Assembly: GCA_016930875.1 (NCBI GenBank)
Contig: JAFGFW010000021.1
Span: 16,416-80,415 of the forward strand
Source of the DNA: Deltaproteobacteria bacterium
GTDB lineage: Bacteria > Desulfobacterota > Desulfobacteria > Desulfobacterales > C00003060
Length of the DNA stretch: 64,000 nucleotides
Reading direction: 5' to 3'
The notes under the pieces are model-generated. The model worked only from the letters and a program-made list of their open reading frames with translations, did not search any database and was not told where the DNA came from. Each line of letters starts with the position of its first letter. Positions within the stretch are counted from its first letter, which is position 1. Positions 54,718-63,935 of the stretch are shown piece by piece. A program made the position numbers and the translations under genes.

Positions 54718-54735
54718 GGACAAACTTGTTTGTCC
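54718..54735. promoter_or_regulatory. Perfect 8-bp inverted repeat upstream of the cas operon (candidate operator)
   Basis: ggacaaac-tt-gtttgtcc, 91 nt upstream of the cas8-like ATG. Confidence 0.35.
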
Positions 54736-54825
54736 GTGCAAAATATGGGAAAGCCTTATGTGAATGATAATTAGGCAATTATATTAGTCTATGGAGTATC
54801 TGACATAAGTGAGGAGCGAGAACAC

Positions 54826-56799
54826 ATGGAACATTTTTCATCGGAGTATTTCATCCTCCTGACAGAGGACGAGCTTTCCGCCCTTGTAAAGGCTAAGAAC
54901 CGGGATGATTTTCAACCTGAATTGAAGGAGTTTCTTTACGCCGCCAAAAGGCTCAAACAACTTCGCCAACTTCCTTTTGACTCTGGCATTGAGGAATGGG
55001 TTGCTCCCCAGCTAATACTCAAGGATGGCGGTGAGGTTTTTGACAAAATACAAAGGCGCAGAGGCCACAGGGAGGTACATCCACTTCCGGCAAGACCCGG
55101 CGAACCGCAAATGGCTCTGAGCTATGACTGGTTTTGGGATCAATTCTGCGCTTTCTTGCGCGACAAAAGGATTTGGGCCTATAGGATCGAGACGCAACTG
55201 ATTTTGGTCTGTCCTGAAGATGTTCCTTTTTCCATAGAGGAAGAGTGGGCAAATTTCTGGTCAGAGATCTCTTCTATGGAGAACCTCAAACAGTCCATTG
55301 AAGTATTCCTAAACAACAAGACCTTGTTCAAGAAGCAGGCAAAACCATGGGATTCCAAGGATATTCCCATACTATCAGAGGATATGGCCAGATATCTGAT
55401 TCACTATTATCAAGATGGCAAATCGAAGAAAAAACATTTCAAGCAGGGAAGCATACCCAAGGCCATTGCAGAACTGGAAGAAGTGATACAGAGTTGCAAC
55501 TATGCATCCATTCCGTTTAATCAGGCCAGCCCCACTGACCATGTTCAAGGCGGAGATTTTTTTCTCGGTCAAGAATATGTCAGGTGTGCCGCCTGCGGGG
55601 AAATCATTCGAAGAAGAGATGGTCTTAAAAGGCTGGCTATATTCATAAAAGATTCGGACGAACGTCCTCAATCCGGCAGACACAAAGACGACCTCAATAT
55701 TTTTTGCAAACGTTGTATCGCCACAGTCTTCCTCTGTCCAGTCAAACTAGCGCCCGAAACGCTAACAGTCAGGTTCTTGGAAGCACAAAGCTCCAAAGGA
55801 TCTGCAACGCCTGAAAGGTCCATCGAAACAGAATTGAAAAAATATGTTGCCCAAAGCCTTCATGTTCATGCGGGCAACTTTGTCAGCCTTCATCTCACGG
55901 AATCTGTTGACAGGAAACCTCTTTGTCAAATCTGGGGGGCTTACCATTACGCTTTGTGGAAGATGGCTGTGACCTTTCCTCCTGAATTGTTCGCGCAGGG
56001 TTTTTCTGTTGAAGCCTATCCGGGTGAAGAGACTTTTCGACTGCCCCGTTGGTCCCTGTGGTTTGTTTCTTCTCTCGCAGCATGGGACGGAGTATTTCGA
56101 TACAATTGCTACGGAAAGAAAGATTTCAGACCTCACTTTGCTCAGTTCCTGCGTTTGGTGGCCCGCAAGAAGATTTTTCAAGCGCTTTATGTTTTGATTT
56201 CAGGACAGTTGATAGGGAACTATGCACAATCATGGAGGATCAATCAACTTCAGGATATTTGGAAGGAATTTGAAACCATACTAAAGGAGGACAAGATGCC
56301 AACCACTGATTATCGGAGAATCGCCGGGTTTGTTGGATTGCTCCTTCCCCTTGCTGAACGGGTGCAAGCAAGCAGACAGTCCGACGATGAAAAAAGGACA
56401 GCCATCAAGAAGTTGTTGGAAGAGGTGGATCAGCCCATTCAGTATGCCTATACAGCGGCCAGGGAAAGCGGGTATACGGATTTCATATTATGTAAGAGCC
56501 CGGGCAACAGGTATTTCTATGAAAAGGCCATCGAGCTTCTGAAGTGGGCAGGAGAAGAAATCGCGAATTTGGAGAATGAGGCGGAACGGCTAGCAAACAA
56601 ATATGAGAAATTGTCTTGGGCAAAGGATGTCGAAGACAAGGTTTGTATTCGTTCAGATCAGATAGTGAGAGTGGCCGGCTCGCTGAGAAATGAAAATGAG
56701 AAGCCGTACAAAAACGAGACGGATTGGCGGGCTTTTGCATACCAGGTAAAGCTTGCCTTGTGGAGCATGTTCCCAAAGTATCTTGGGTCCAGAAATTGA
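54826..56799 (+). CDS. cas8: Type I CRISPR large subunit (Cas8b/Cas10d-like, no HD motif)
   Basis: First gene of the effector module, 657 aa. Zn-finger-like CAACGE...(37 aa)...CKRC and a helical C-terminal third. The call rests mainly on position and size. Confidence 0.6.
   Translation: MEHFSSEYFILLTEDELSALVKAKNRDDFQPELKEFLYAAKRLKQLRQLPFDSGIEEWVAPQLILKDGGEVFDKIQRRRGHREVHPLPARPGEPQMALSYDWFWDQFCAFLRDKRIWAYRIETQLILVCPEDVPFSIEEEWANFWSEISSMENLKQSIEVFLNNKTLFKKQAKPWDSKDIPILSEDMARYLIHYYQDGKSKKKHFKQGSIPKAIAELEEVIQSCNYASIPFNQASPTDHVQGGDFFLGQEYVRCAACGEIIRRRDGLKRLAIFIKDSDERPQSGRHKDDLNIFCKRCIATVFLCPVKLAPETLTVRFLEAQSSKGSATPERSIETELKKYVAQSLHVHAGNFVSLHLTESVDRKPLCQIWGAYHYALWKMAVTFPPELFAQGFSVEAYPGEETFRLPRWSLWFVSSLAAWDGVFRYNCYGKKDFRPHFAQFLRLVARKKIFQALYVLISGQLIGNYAQSWRINQLQDIWKEFETILKEDKMPTTDYRRIAGFVGLLLPLAERVQASRQSDDEKRTAIKKLLEEVDQPIQYAYTAARESGYTDFILCKSPGNRYFYEKAIELLKWAGEEIANLENEAERLANKYEKLSWAKDVEDKVCIRSDQIVRVAGSLRNENEKPYKNETDWRAFAYQVKLALWSMFPKYLGSRN
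56296..56799 (+). CDS. cas11: Candidate internally translated small subunit (Cas11-like, 167 aa) nested in-frame in the large-subunit gene
   Basis: aaaggagg (56283-56290) lies 5 nt before the in-frame ATG at 56296. The product would be the predicted helical C-terminal domain. Confidence 0.4.
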   Translation: MPTTDYRRIAGFVGLLLPLAERVQASRQSDDEKRTAIKKLLEEVDQPIQYAYTAARESGYTDFILCKSPGNRYFYEKAIELLKWAGEEIANLENEAERLANKYEKLSWAKDVEDKVCIRSDQIVRVAGSLRNENEKPYKNETDWRAFAYQVKLALWSMFPKYLGSRN

Positions 56800-56818
56800 T
56801 ATTTGAAAGGAGAAAAAA

Positions 56819-57772
56819 ATGCCAACATTAAGTGGGTTACCTAAAACGAAGTCACCTCGTAACCATTATGACATTTATACTATTTTCGAAGCTCCTCAAG
56901 AGCTTTATTTTGGTGATGAGAAACAGGTTAATGTCAATATTGTGGAAAAGGTGCGAATCCAGTCGCCGGAAGGTGAGAAAGAAAAATGCTACATCAGCCC
57001 TACCAAGAGACGTGGAGTGGAAAGAAGGTGTTTGCTGTGGAGCGACGCTGATGGTCAGTTACTAATGGACAAGCTTGTTTGCGGCATTCCAAACACATGC
57101 TGCAAAGAATCTTGTCCTGTTTGTAGCGTCTATGGCGGCCTCATCACCGGAGAAAGGACCTTCATAGGAAGAATAACCCATTCGGGAGGCGTCGCAATTT
57201 TGCCACAAATAACAATTGAAAAACAACGAGCAATGCATCCAGCAATTATGGGGAATTTCAGAGAAGAAGTATCCAAAGAGCTTTTGGGTACCATAAATAA
57301 AGAACAAAATAGAAAGAAAGACGCCAACAAGTATAAGAAAGCCAGCGATCTCACCGAACCTATGCCGTATCGAAAAGAATACGCACAGCCCGGACTACTT
57401 TATCCTGTTTCCAATCACTGTCTGTCTATCAGCTCCGATGAATTCGCAACTGTTGCGTATGCCTTTTTGATGAGTTTAAATCGTTTGGGGGCGGGAAACC
57501 CCAAAGGCGTCTCTTTTGCCAGGGCCGCATGGGACGGCCAAGAGGATGAACCGTTGTTGGTAGTGGATGAATATAGAGTGCCCTTAGGCGAAAGGCCGAT
57601 TGTTAGTCCTTCTGTAAGTGATAACGCCACAGCCATAGGAACCTTCATCAAACTGGCAAAGAGTGTTTCTTCAAACTCGGCTGATAAATTCAGCAGAAGC
57701 ACGGGTAACGAGGCCTTAAAAAAACTTCAAGATGCTGCCAAGGTCTTTGAACAAAAGCATCTACAGGCGTGA
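56819..57772 (+). CDS. cas7: Cas7 backbone subunit (Csc2/Cst2-like)
   Basis: Position after the large subunit, 317 aa. Cys cluster CGIPNTCCKESCPVCSVYGG followed by GRITHSGG. RBS aaaggag. Confidence 0.7.
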   Translation: MPTLSGLPKTKSPRNHYDIYTIFEAPQELYFGDEKQVNVNIVEKVRIQSPEGEKEKCYISPTKRRGVERRCLLWSDADGQLLMDKLVCGIPNTCCKESCPVCSVYGGLITGERTFIGRITHSGGVAILPQITIEKQRAMHPAIMGNFREEVSKELLGTINKEQNRKKDANKYKKASDLTEPMPYRKEYAQPGLLYPVSNHCLSISSDEFATVAYAFLMSLNRLGAGNPKGVSFARAAWDGQEDEPLLVVDEYRVPLGERPIVSPSVSDNATAIGTFIKLAKSVSSNSADKFSRSTGNEALKKLQDAAKVFEQKHLQA

Positions 57773-58611
57773 TGGCGAGGTATTTCATGGAATCCATATG
57801 GATATCGGAAATGGTATTTAGACCGACTGGACCTCTTACTTTCCGGCGGATGCCGTCCGGGATTTTGCACATCATGAGTTATCCTTTCATGCCGCCTACA
57901 ACCATGAGCGGTTTCCTGAAAAGGCTTCTGTATATTGCCGAAGAGAAAGAATGGCCTGGATACGGTGACGACTGGTATAGAAAAAGAGGATCGCCGGGTA
58001 GTGAATTCACGCTGACTCTTGACAAGGAATACCGCACCTTGGGCGCTTTTCCTGACCGGAATAGGTGGAGCATTCACAAAACACGACGGCACGGTCCCAA
58101 AAATTTCAAGCACAAGGAATTCTCACAAATGCTTCGCACAGAGCACAAGGAAAACTATGAATTGCATCATTGGGACTATCTTTTTTGTGAAGAGCTTAAG
58201 GGTTGGGTGGCGGCCAAGGAGAGACTCCATCTTGAGAAACTGAAGTCTTTGAAAAACTTTGGTGGCAAGGCAGGTAAGGAAGGGTATGTTTTTGTTAGGG
58301 AGGTAGGCGAGCCCCGGGAACTAACCCTTGCAGAGGGTGATTTTCGACCGCTTGGACTGGTGACACAGCCATTCAGACCCTCATCAGGGACATTCTACAA
58401 CCTTTATGGCCACCACTGGAGCAAGGACTACGAATGGTCAAACGGGGAAAAAGGAGGCGTGGTCGGGTACAGACAGTTGGGCGCGTGGTGGAACGTAAGC
58501 AGCGTCACAGGACCCTATTGGGCCATGGCTGAGGGGGTCGGTTTTCCAGCCCATGCCCCTGACTCTTTTCTAAAAGGGGACGTTGAACCGTTTTACGGAG
58601 CAGGCATATGA
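57769..58611 (+). CDS. cas5: Cas5 subunit
   Basis: N-terminal PFMPPTTMSGFLKRLL (Cas5 P-x-P-S/T...G motif) and a glycine loop FGGKAGKEGY. GTGATG overlap with the cas7 stop. Confidence 0.7.
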   Translation: MMARYFMESIWISEMVFRPTGPLTFRRMPSGILHIMSYPFMPPTTMSGFLKRLLYIAEEKEWPGYGDDWYRKRGSPGSEFTLTLDKEYRTLGAFPDRNRWSIHKTRRHGPKNFKHKEFSQMLRTEHKENYELHHWDYLFCEELKGWVAAKERLHLEKLKSLKNFGGKAGKEGYVFVREVGEPRELTLAEGDFRPLGLVTQPFRPSSGTFYNLYGHHWSKDYEWSNGEKGGVVGYRQLGAWWNVSSVTGPYWAMAEGVGFPAHAPDSFLKGDVEPFYGAGI

Positions 58612-59375
58612 ACTACTGGGGGCGGATTTTTTTTATTTATGAAGGCGAGACCTTGACAAGGATTTTGGGCCAGTCTCTCGAAAACCATACATCAAATTGC
58701 ACGGCCATACTTGAAAAATTCGCCTCATCATATTTTCATGAAGAAACCAGGGATCGGCTTATGACAGCGGTTGAGCTTCATGACCTTGGCAAACGTGACA
58801 CTTTCAGGATTAGATACGATGAATACGAGGAACGAGACAAAGAAAAAGGTAAGGGAAAACGCGCGAGAAAGGGCAAGGGGCAAGTCAACGAAAGAGGCAA
58901 GCTTGTTTATAGTTTTGCAGGACACCGCTTCAGAGTGCCTCATGATGATCCCTATGTGGCAGGTCTAATCCGTGCGCATCATGAATTCTCCGTGCAACAG
59001 ATAAACAGGGAAAAGGCGCGCCTCTTGTCCGAAGAGGACAAAAAGAGGTTTGCCGATGATCTTTACCTCCTTTGCATGGCCGATCAGCTTGAAGCCGAAC
59101 TGGCAGTAAAGGCAGTAGAAGAAAAAGAAGATGTCCCTCGCACATTCATGGAGTTTACCACCGTGAGGTCAGACATGCAGCCGGGGACTTTCACAGTTGT
59201 ACCGTGGCCATTTGGAGTTTCATCCTTTTCGCTTTCTTTTGACTTAAAAGAGCTGTCCCTTGATGGTCTCGATAGAAAAAACCCGAAGACTGTCCAAGAG
59301 GCTCTCAAGGAAGCTAAGAATTTTGAGCAGGAAAAGATCACTATAAATCTGTCGGAGAAATTGGATGAACATTAA
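58608..59375 (+). CDS. cas3: Stand-alone HD nuclease, Cas3''
   Basis: H...ELHDLGK...GHRF...RAHHEF...D layout of the Cas3 HD domain. ATGA overlap with cas5. Confidence 0.75.
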   Translation: MNYWGRIFFIYEGETLTRILGQSLENHTSNCTAILEKFASSYFHEETRDRLMTAVELHDLGKRDTFRIRYDEYEERDKEKGKGKRARKGKGQVNERGKLVYSFAGHRFRVPHDDPYVAGLIRAHHEFSVQQINREKARLLSEEDKKRFADDLYLLCMADQLEAELAVKAVEEKEDVPRTFMEFTTVRSDMQPGTFTVVPWPFGVSSFSLSFDLKELSLDGLDRKNPKTVQEALKEAKNFEQEKITINLSEKLDEH

Positions 59376-61209
59376 TGACTACTATCAGCAGGCAGCGGAG
59401 TTTTCTCCAAACCCTCTTCAGGAAGAAGTGTGGAAAAGCTATTATCAAGGGGATGGCCATCCTGCATTCCTCGTAAGAGCAGGAACAGGCACGGGAAAAA
59501 CCGAGGCGGTTCTTCTTCCTGCGCTGGCAGATTCGGTTCAGCGAAGGATCATAATGGTTCTGCCTTCAAAGGCCTTGATCGAGGACATGGGAGAACGAGT
59601 CAAGAAAATCGGGGAAAGGCTTTCGAAGAATAGGCTCTGCGATTTGAATATAACAGTGGATATGGGCGGAAGTTGCAGGCGTTTTTCCTGTCGGCACGGG
59701 AAGGCCGAAGCGAATACATATCCCAGGCATCTTTTTGCGGATGATGTCATCATTACAACGCTCGACAAATTCCTTTTTCGTCTGTTTGGATATGGCGAAA
59801 AAATCAAGTCTTATATCTTTCCACACCGCGTCTTTGGTTCCAGCCTAGGGAAACGTCCCTTTGTGATCTTTGATGAAGCCCATGAATACGAGGGTGTGGC
59901 ATTTGGAAACTTCATAAAACTGCTTGAAGCTCTGTTTATCAAGGGAAAAGATCTGTGTGTAATGAGTGCCACCTTGCCGCCAAGATTTGCCAGCTTCCTC
60001 ACTTCCATCGACGCCACTGACGGCAGCCTAGCTGAACAACAGGCCGTTTATCAAGAAAAAGCAATGAAAATGGTGAGTCAGGATAAATTCCTCAGCCATA
60101 TTTCTTCCCTCTCTTTTTCGAAGGAAATCGTAGCTGGCCTCGCTCATAGAGTCAGAGAACACTACAACGGGTCAAAAAGAATCATTGCCAGGACCGAGTT
60201 TGTGAGTGATCTTATCAAATTATACGACAAATTAAAGGAGTTCAATCCTCTCATCTATCACGGCAGGTTAACATCTCGCCAGCGGCGGGACGTCATTCAT
60301 AAATTGATCGAATGTCAAGATAAAGACCAAGGTTTTTTGGTCCTTGCCACTTCCGCCATTGAAGCTGGTTGCGACATCGACGCACACCTAATCGTTACTG
60401 AAATTTGTAACCCTGACAGTCTGGTGCAACTGGCAGGCAGGCTAAACCGGAAAGGCGTGATGAATGATGCGGAATTGGTGATTGTGGGAGACAAAATAAA
60501 GCCGATAGTGTCTTGCCTTGACAAGGACTCCGTCAAAACCTACTTGGATGATCTCAAAGGCATGAACGGTGTTTTTGATCCTGACGAGTTGAAAAAATAC
60601 TTTGATCCTCCCAAAGGAGATTGGATGGGGGAAATCCTTTTCGACATGCTCTGGGAATATGTCTATGAAGGGGATTTGACGAGCAAACCCTTATGGGACA
60701 GAGGCATTCTGGTTACTAGGAGCTGGGAGCCGTCGGTTACCTTGTGTACGGGGTTAGAGCAGGAGACGAAACTTCCGATGAATCCCGTCCAAGTGGGGAT
60801 AAGCAGATTAGCAGCACAGACAAATAAGTGGGGTGAAAATCTCAAGAATGAAAAGGTGAGCGAATACTTGTCGGTTGAAGACGATGGCACGTGGCATGCG
60901 GAAGTCCATCGAGCCTTTTTTAATGCTGACCGATGGGAAGAGAGCAGATGGTCAGTCTATCCTTTTCCCGAATACCGCATCAGTGCTTATGAAAAGACCG
61001 TCCTTTGTGTCATTGGCGAAGAGTTCACACACCTCTATTTCGACAATGTGTTGGGATACAAGAGGATTCCGAAGGTCTTTCTTAGAGGATACAAAAGCGG
61101 TTTTGAACGCATCTTGCAGCACAAACCACTGCAAAAAAGGGACGGTACCTTTAAAGTGGAGAACAAATGGGTAAAGGATTCAGGCAGCATCTGGTACCTG
61201 GAGCGTTGA
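59365..61209 (+). CDS. cas3: Cas3' superfamily-2 DEAH helicase (no HD domain)
   Basis: Walker A AGTGTGKTEA, DEAH box IFDEAHEY, motif III SAT, and helicase C motifs (LVLATSAIEAGCDID, QLAGRLNR). Confidence 0.85.
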   Translation: MNINDYYQQAAEFSPNPLQEEVWKSYYQGDGHPAFLVRAGTGTGKTEAVLLPALADSVQRRIIMVLPSKALIEDMGERVKKIGERLSKNRLCDLNITVDMGGSCRRFSCRHGKAEANTYPRHLFADDVIITTLDKFLFRLFGYGEKIKSYIFPHRVFGSSLGKRPFVIFDEAHEYEGVAFGNFIKLLEALFIKGKDLCVMSATLPPRFASFLTSIDATDGSLAEQQAVYQEKAMKMVSQDKFLSHISSLSFSKEIVAGLAHRVREHYNGSKRIIARTEFVSDLIKLYDKLKEFNPLIYHGRLTSRQRRDVIHKLIECQDKDQGFLVLATSAIEAGCDIDAHLIVTEICNPDSLVQLAGRLNRKGVMNDAELVIVGDKIKPIVSCLDKDSVKTYLDDLKGMNGVFDPDELKKYFDPPKGDWMGEILFDMLWEYVYEGDLTSKPLWDRGILVTRSWEPSVTLCTGLEQETKLPMNPVQVGISRLAAQTNKWGENLKNEKVSEYLSVEDDGTWHAEVHRAFFNADRWEESRWSVYPFPEYRISAYEKTVLCVIGEEFTHLYFDNVLGYKRIPKVFLRGYKSGFERILQHKPLQKRDGTFKVENKWVKDSGSIWYLER

Positions 61210-61210
61210 G

Positions 61211-61993
61211 ATGCCTGTAACAGCTATCATAAACATGCGTGCTTTGACCGGCGGGGCAATGCCCCGCTCCTTTCACTGCCTCATGCATCCCCTTTTCCTT
61301 GACCGCATTTCAGAGGCAGACTCAGAGTTGGGAGAGGCCGTTCACAGTTCCGGGGCCATGGTTCCTTTTTCAATATCGCCTGTAATGGGCAGGAAGATCA
61401 AGGGGGCTATCCTTGAAAACGAGAGCTACTGGGTGCGGCTTTGCTTCCTCCAGGCAGAACTTGAAGATGTGTTCCTCAATACCCTTGAGAGGGGTTTGTG
61501 GAACGAACCAATGCATCTGGGCGACCTCTCATTTCAGGTGGAAGATGTGATCCTTGGAAGACAGGACGGCAATCCATGGAGCGGACGAAGAAGCTATGAG
61601 GAGATGCTTTGTGATGGTCCAGTCTCCCAAAACGTGGCTTTACGTTTGGCAAGTCCGGTTTCCTTCAAACGAGGGGATCTGCATTATCCGCTTCCTGATC
61701 CGGGTATGATTTTTGGCAACCTGGCAAGGCGGTGGAATCTCTTCTCCTCTGAAAAGGTGCCGGAAAAACCGATCTGCACGGATGTGAGCTATTCTTTTCT
61801 TGATATTTGCACAGAGCCTTATGCATTGAGGAAAGGGGGCAGTATTTTGGGAACAATAGGAAGACTCACTTTTATTTTCCAGGGCAATGAAGAGATGTGG
61901 CGGTATTATCGAACGCTCCTTGATTTCGCCTTTTTCTCCGGCATCGGAGTCAAGACCACCCAGGGCATGGGGATGTGCAGAATCATCGAATGA
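61211..61993 (+). CDS. cas6: Cas6 crRNA endoribonuclease
   Basis: Tandem RRM-like layout, PFSISP, SPVSFKRGD...PLPDPGMIFGNLARRWN, and the C-terminal glycine-rich loop GIGVKTTQGMG. Confidence 0.8.
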   Translation: MPVTAIINMRALTGGAMPRSFHCLMHPLFLDRISEADSELGEAVHSSGAMVPFSISPVMGRKIKGAILENESYWVRLCFLQAELEDVFLNTLERGLWNEPMHLGDLSFQVEDVILGRQDGNPWSGRRSYEEMLCDGPVSQNVALRLASPVSFKRGDLHYPLPDPGMIFGNLARRWNLFSSEKVPEKPICTDVSYSFLDICTEPYALRKGGSILGTIGRLTFIFQGNEEMWRYYRTLLDFAFFSGIGVKTTQGMGMCRIIE

Positions 61994-63657
61994 GCATGAG
62001 TGAAGCAGCCAACCATATTCCGGTCTCCTATCTCAACGCCTACGTTTACTGCCCCAGGCGGTTTTACCTGGAGCATGTCCGGGGAATGTTCGAAGATAAT
62101 GTTCACACCATTGAAGGCCGAAGCCGTCATCGGGTTGTGGATATGAGGGGAAGGGAAGCGAAGCCCGCTAAGAAAGAGGAAGTGATTCATCGGCGGTCAG
62201 TGTCTTTTTCTTCAGACAGGCTGGGCATAACCGGCAAGCTGGATCTGGTGGAAGAAAAGGAAGGCCAGGGGATTTACCCGGTTGAGTACAAGAAGGGCAA
62301 GAAGCCGAAGGATAGAGATCCCTGGCCCAATGACCAGGTACAACTGTGCGCCCAGGCGCTTTTGATGGGAGAAAACGGGCTGCACTTTCCGAGCAAAGGT
62401 TACCTCTATTACATCAGCTCCAGGGCCAGGGTCGAAGTCCCCATGAGCGAGAAGCTGATAGAAGAGACAAAGGGGACTATTGCCGGATGCCACGAGATTT
62501 CAAGAAAGGAAATCGCCCCTCCCCTGGTCGAGAATCGCAATAAATGCTTTGGCTGTTCGTTGAACGCGATCTGCCTCCCTGAAGAAGAGGAGGTAGCAAA
62601 GGGGAAGAAGGTCAACGCGCGGACGATTCTTCCCATGGGTCTGGACGGCGATGTCCTCTATGTGGACACCATCGGCGCATATCTCGGGCTTTCGGGCCAA
62701 AAAATAAAGATCACGGCTCCCGGCGGCGCACAAGTCGGGGGAGCTTCCCTGGAAACCCTGAGAGAGGTTGTGCTTTGCGGTCCTGTGCAGGCTACCAGCC
62801 AAGTTCTCCACGCCTGTCTGAAACACAACATCCCGGTTCATTACATGAACCTCTATGGCCGGTATCTGGGCCTGTCCACACCGTTGCTTCATTATCATGG
62901 TATTATGAGGGAGGCCCAGTGGCGAGCCCACTTCGATACTTTTCGCTCTCTTGAATTGGCCAAGGCAGTGGTGTGGGCCAAGCTGACAAACATGAGGACT
63001 CTCATGATGCGCTACCTCAGAGATGAGCGGACTGATGTTGATAAGGAGAATTTCAGACGTCTCCGGGATCTGAGAAAAAAAGCTGAAAACGCAAAAGACA
63101 GGTCTACGCTCCGGGGTTATGAGGGACTTGGAGGGAAGATCTATTTCAGCCAGCTTGGCCGTTATATCAAGCTGGACAAGCAATCATTTTTCCCGTTTGC
63201 CGGCAGAAACAGAAGACCCCCAAGAGATCCGGTGAATGCTCTCTTGAGTTTTGGCTATAGCCTCCTTGCCAAGGACTGCACAGGGACAGCGATCCGTGTG
63301 GGCCTTGATCCGTATTGTGGCTTTTATCATACCATGAAATACGGTCGCCCTTCACTGGCGCTCGATGTCATGGAGGTCTTTCGTCAACCAGTGGTTGATT
63401 CGCTGGTCTTAACTTGCATCAATAATGGCGTATTCACTCGAAAAGACTTCTACCAGTATCAGAACGTCTGTTATCTTAACGAAAAAGGAAGGAAGAAGTT
63501 CTTGGCTCAGTACCAAATGCGCAAGAACGATTTGGTCACGCATCCCAAGTTCCATTACAGGCTAAGTTACGAGAGGACAATTGAGATCCAGTTCCGCCTG
63601 CTTGGCAAATACCTCCTGGGCGATATTGACAACTACGAGGGCTTTCATATCAGATGA
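61990..63657 (+). CDS. cas1: Cas4-Cas1 fusion (adaptation nuclease/integrase)
   Basis: Cas4 part: YVYCPRRFYLEH, D..E...PVEYKKG, QLCAQALL, CFGCSLNAIC. Cas1 part from ~aa 215: LYVDTIGAYLGLSG...GLGGKIYF...RPPRDPVNALLSFGYSLL. The ATG at 61990 overlaps the cas6 stop. Confidence 0.9.
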   Translation: MSMSEAANHIPVSYLNAYVYCPRRFYLEHVRGMFEDNVHTIEGRSRHRVVDMRGREAKPAKKEEVIHRRSVSFSSDRLGITGKLDLVEEKEGQGIYPVEYKKGKKPKDRDPWPNDQVQLCAQALLMGENGLHFPSKGYLYYISSRARVEVPMSEKLIEETKGTIAGCHEISRKEIAPPLVENRNKCFGCSLNAICLPEEEEVAKGKKVNARTILPMGLDGDVLYVDTIGAYLGLSGQKIKITAPGGAQVGGASLETLREVVLCGPVQATSQVLHACLKHNIPVHYMNLYGRYLGLSTPLLHYHGIMREAQWRAHFDTFRSLELAKAVVWAKLTNMRTLMMRYLRDERTDVDKENFRRLRDLRKKAENAKDRSTLRGYEGLGGKIYFSQLGRYIKLDKQSFFPFAGRNRRPPRDPVNALLSFGYSLLAKDCTGTAIRVGLDPYCGFYHTMKYGRPSLALDVMEVFRQPVVDSLVLTCINNGVFTRKDFYQYQNVCYLNEKGRKKFLAQYQMRKNDLVTHPKFHYRLSYERTIEIQFRLLGKYLLGDIDNYEGFHIR

Positions 63658-63935
63658 AAAGAAACTATCTGGTGGGCTACGATATTTCTGATCAAAAAAG
63701 ACTGGCAAAGGTTGCCAAGGTAATGACAGAGTTCGGGTTAAGGATTCAGTATAGCTTTTTTCACTGCATCTTGGCGGATAGGCAGAAGAAGCGCATGAAG
63801 GAACGTCTGACGGACATCATCAAAGAAGGAGATGACCAGATAATCATTCTTCCGGTGACCGAAAGACAACTAAAGGAAATAGAATTTGTGGGATTCAAGA
63901 TCAACCTTCACATGGAAGGCATTATTATTGTGTGA
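63654..63935 (+). CDS. cas2: Cas2
   Basis: YLVGYDISDQKRLAKVAKVMTEFGLRIQYSFFHC ferredoxin-like Cas2 pattern. ATGA overlap with cas1. Confidence 0.85.
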   Translation: MKRNYLVGYDISDQKRLAKVAKVMTEFGLRIQYSFFHCILADRQKKRMKERLTDIIKEGDDQIIILPVTERQLKEIEFVGFKINLHMEGIIIV

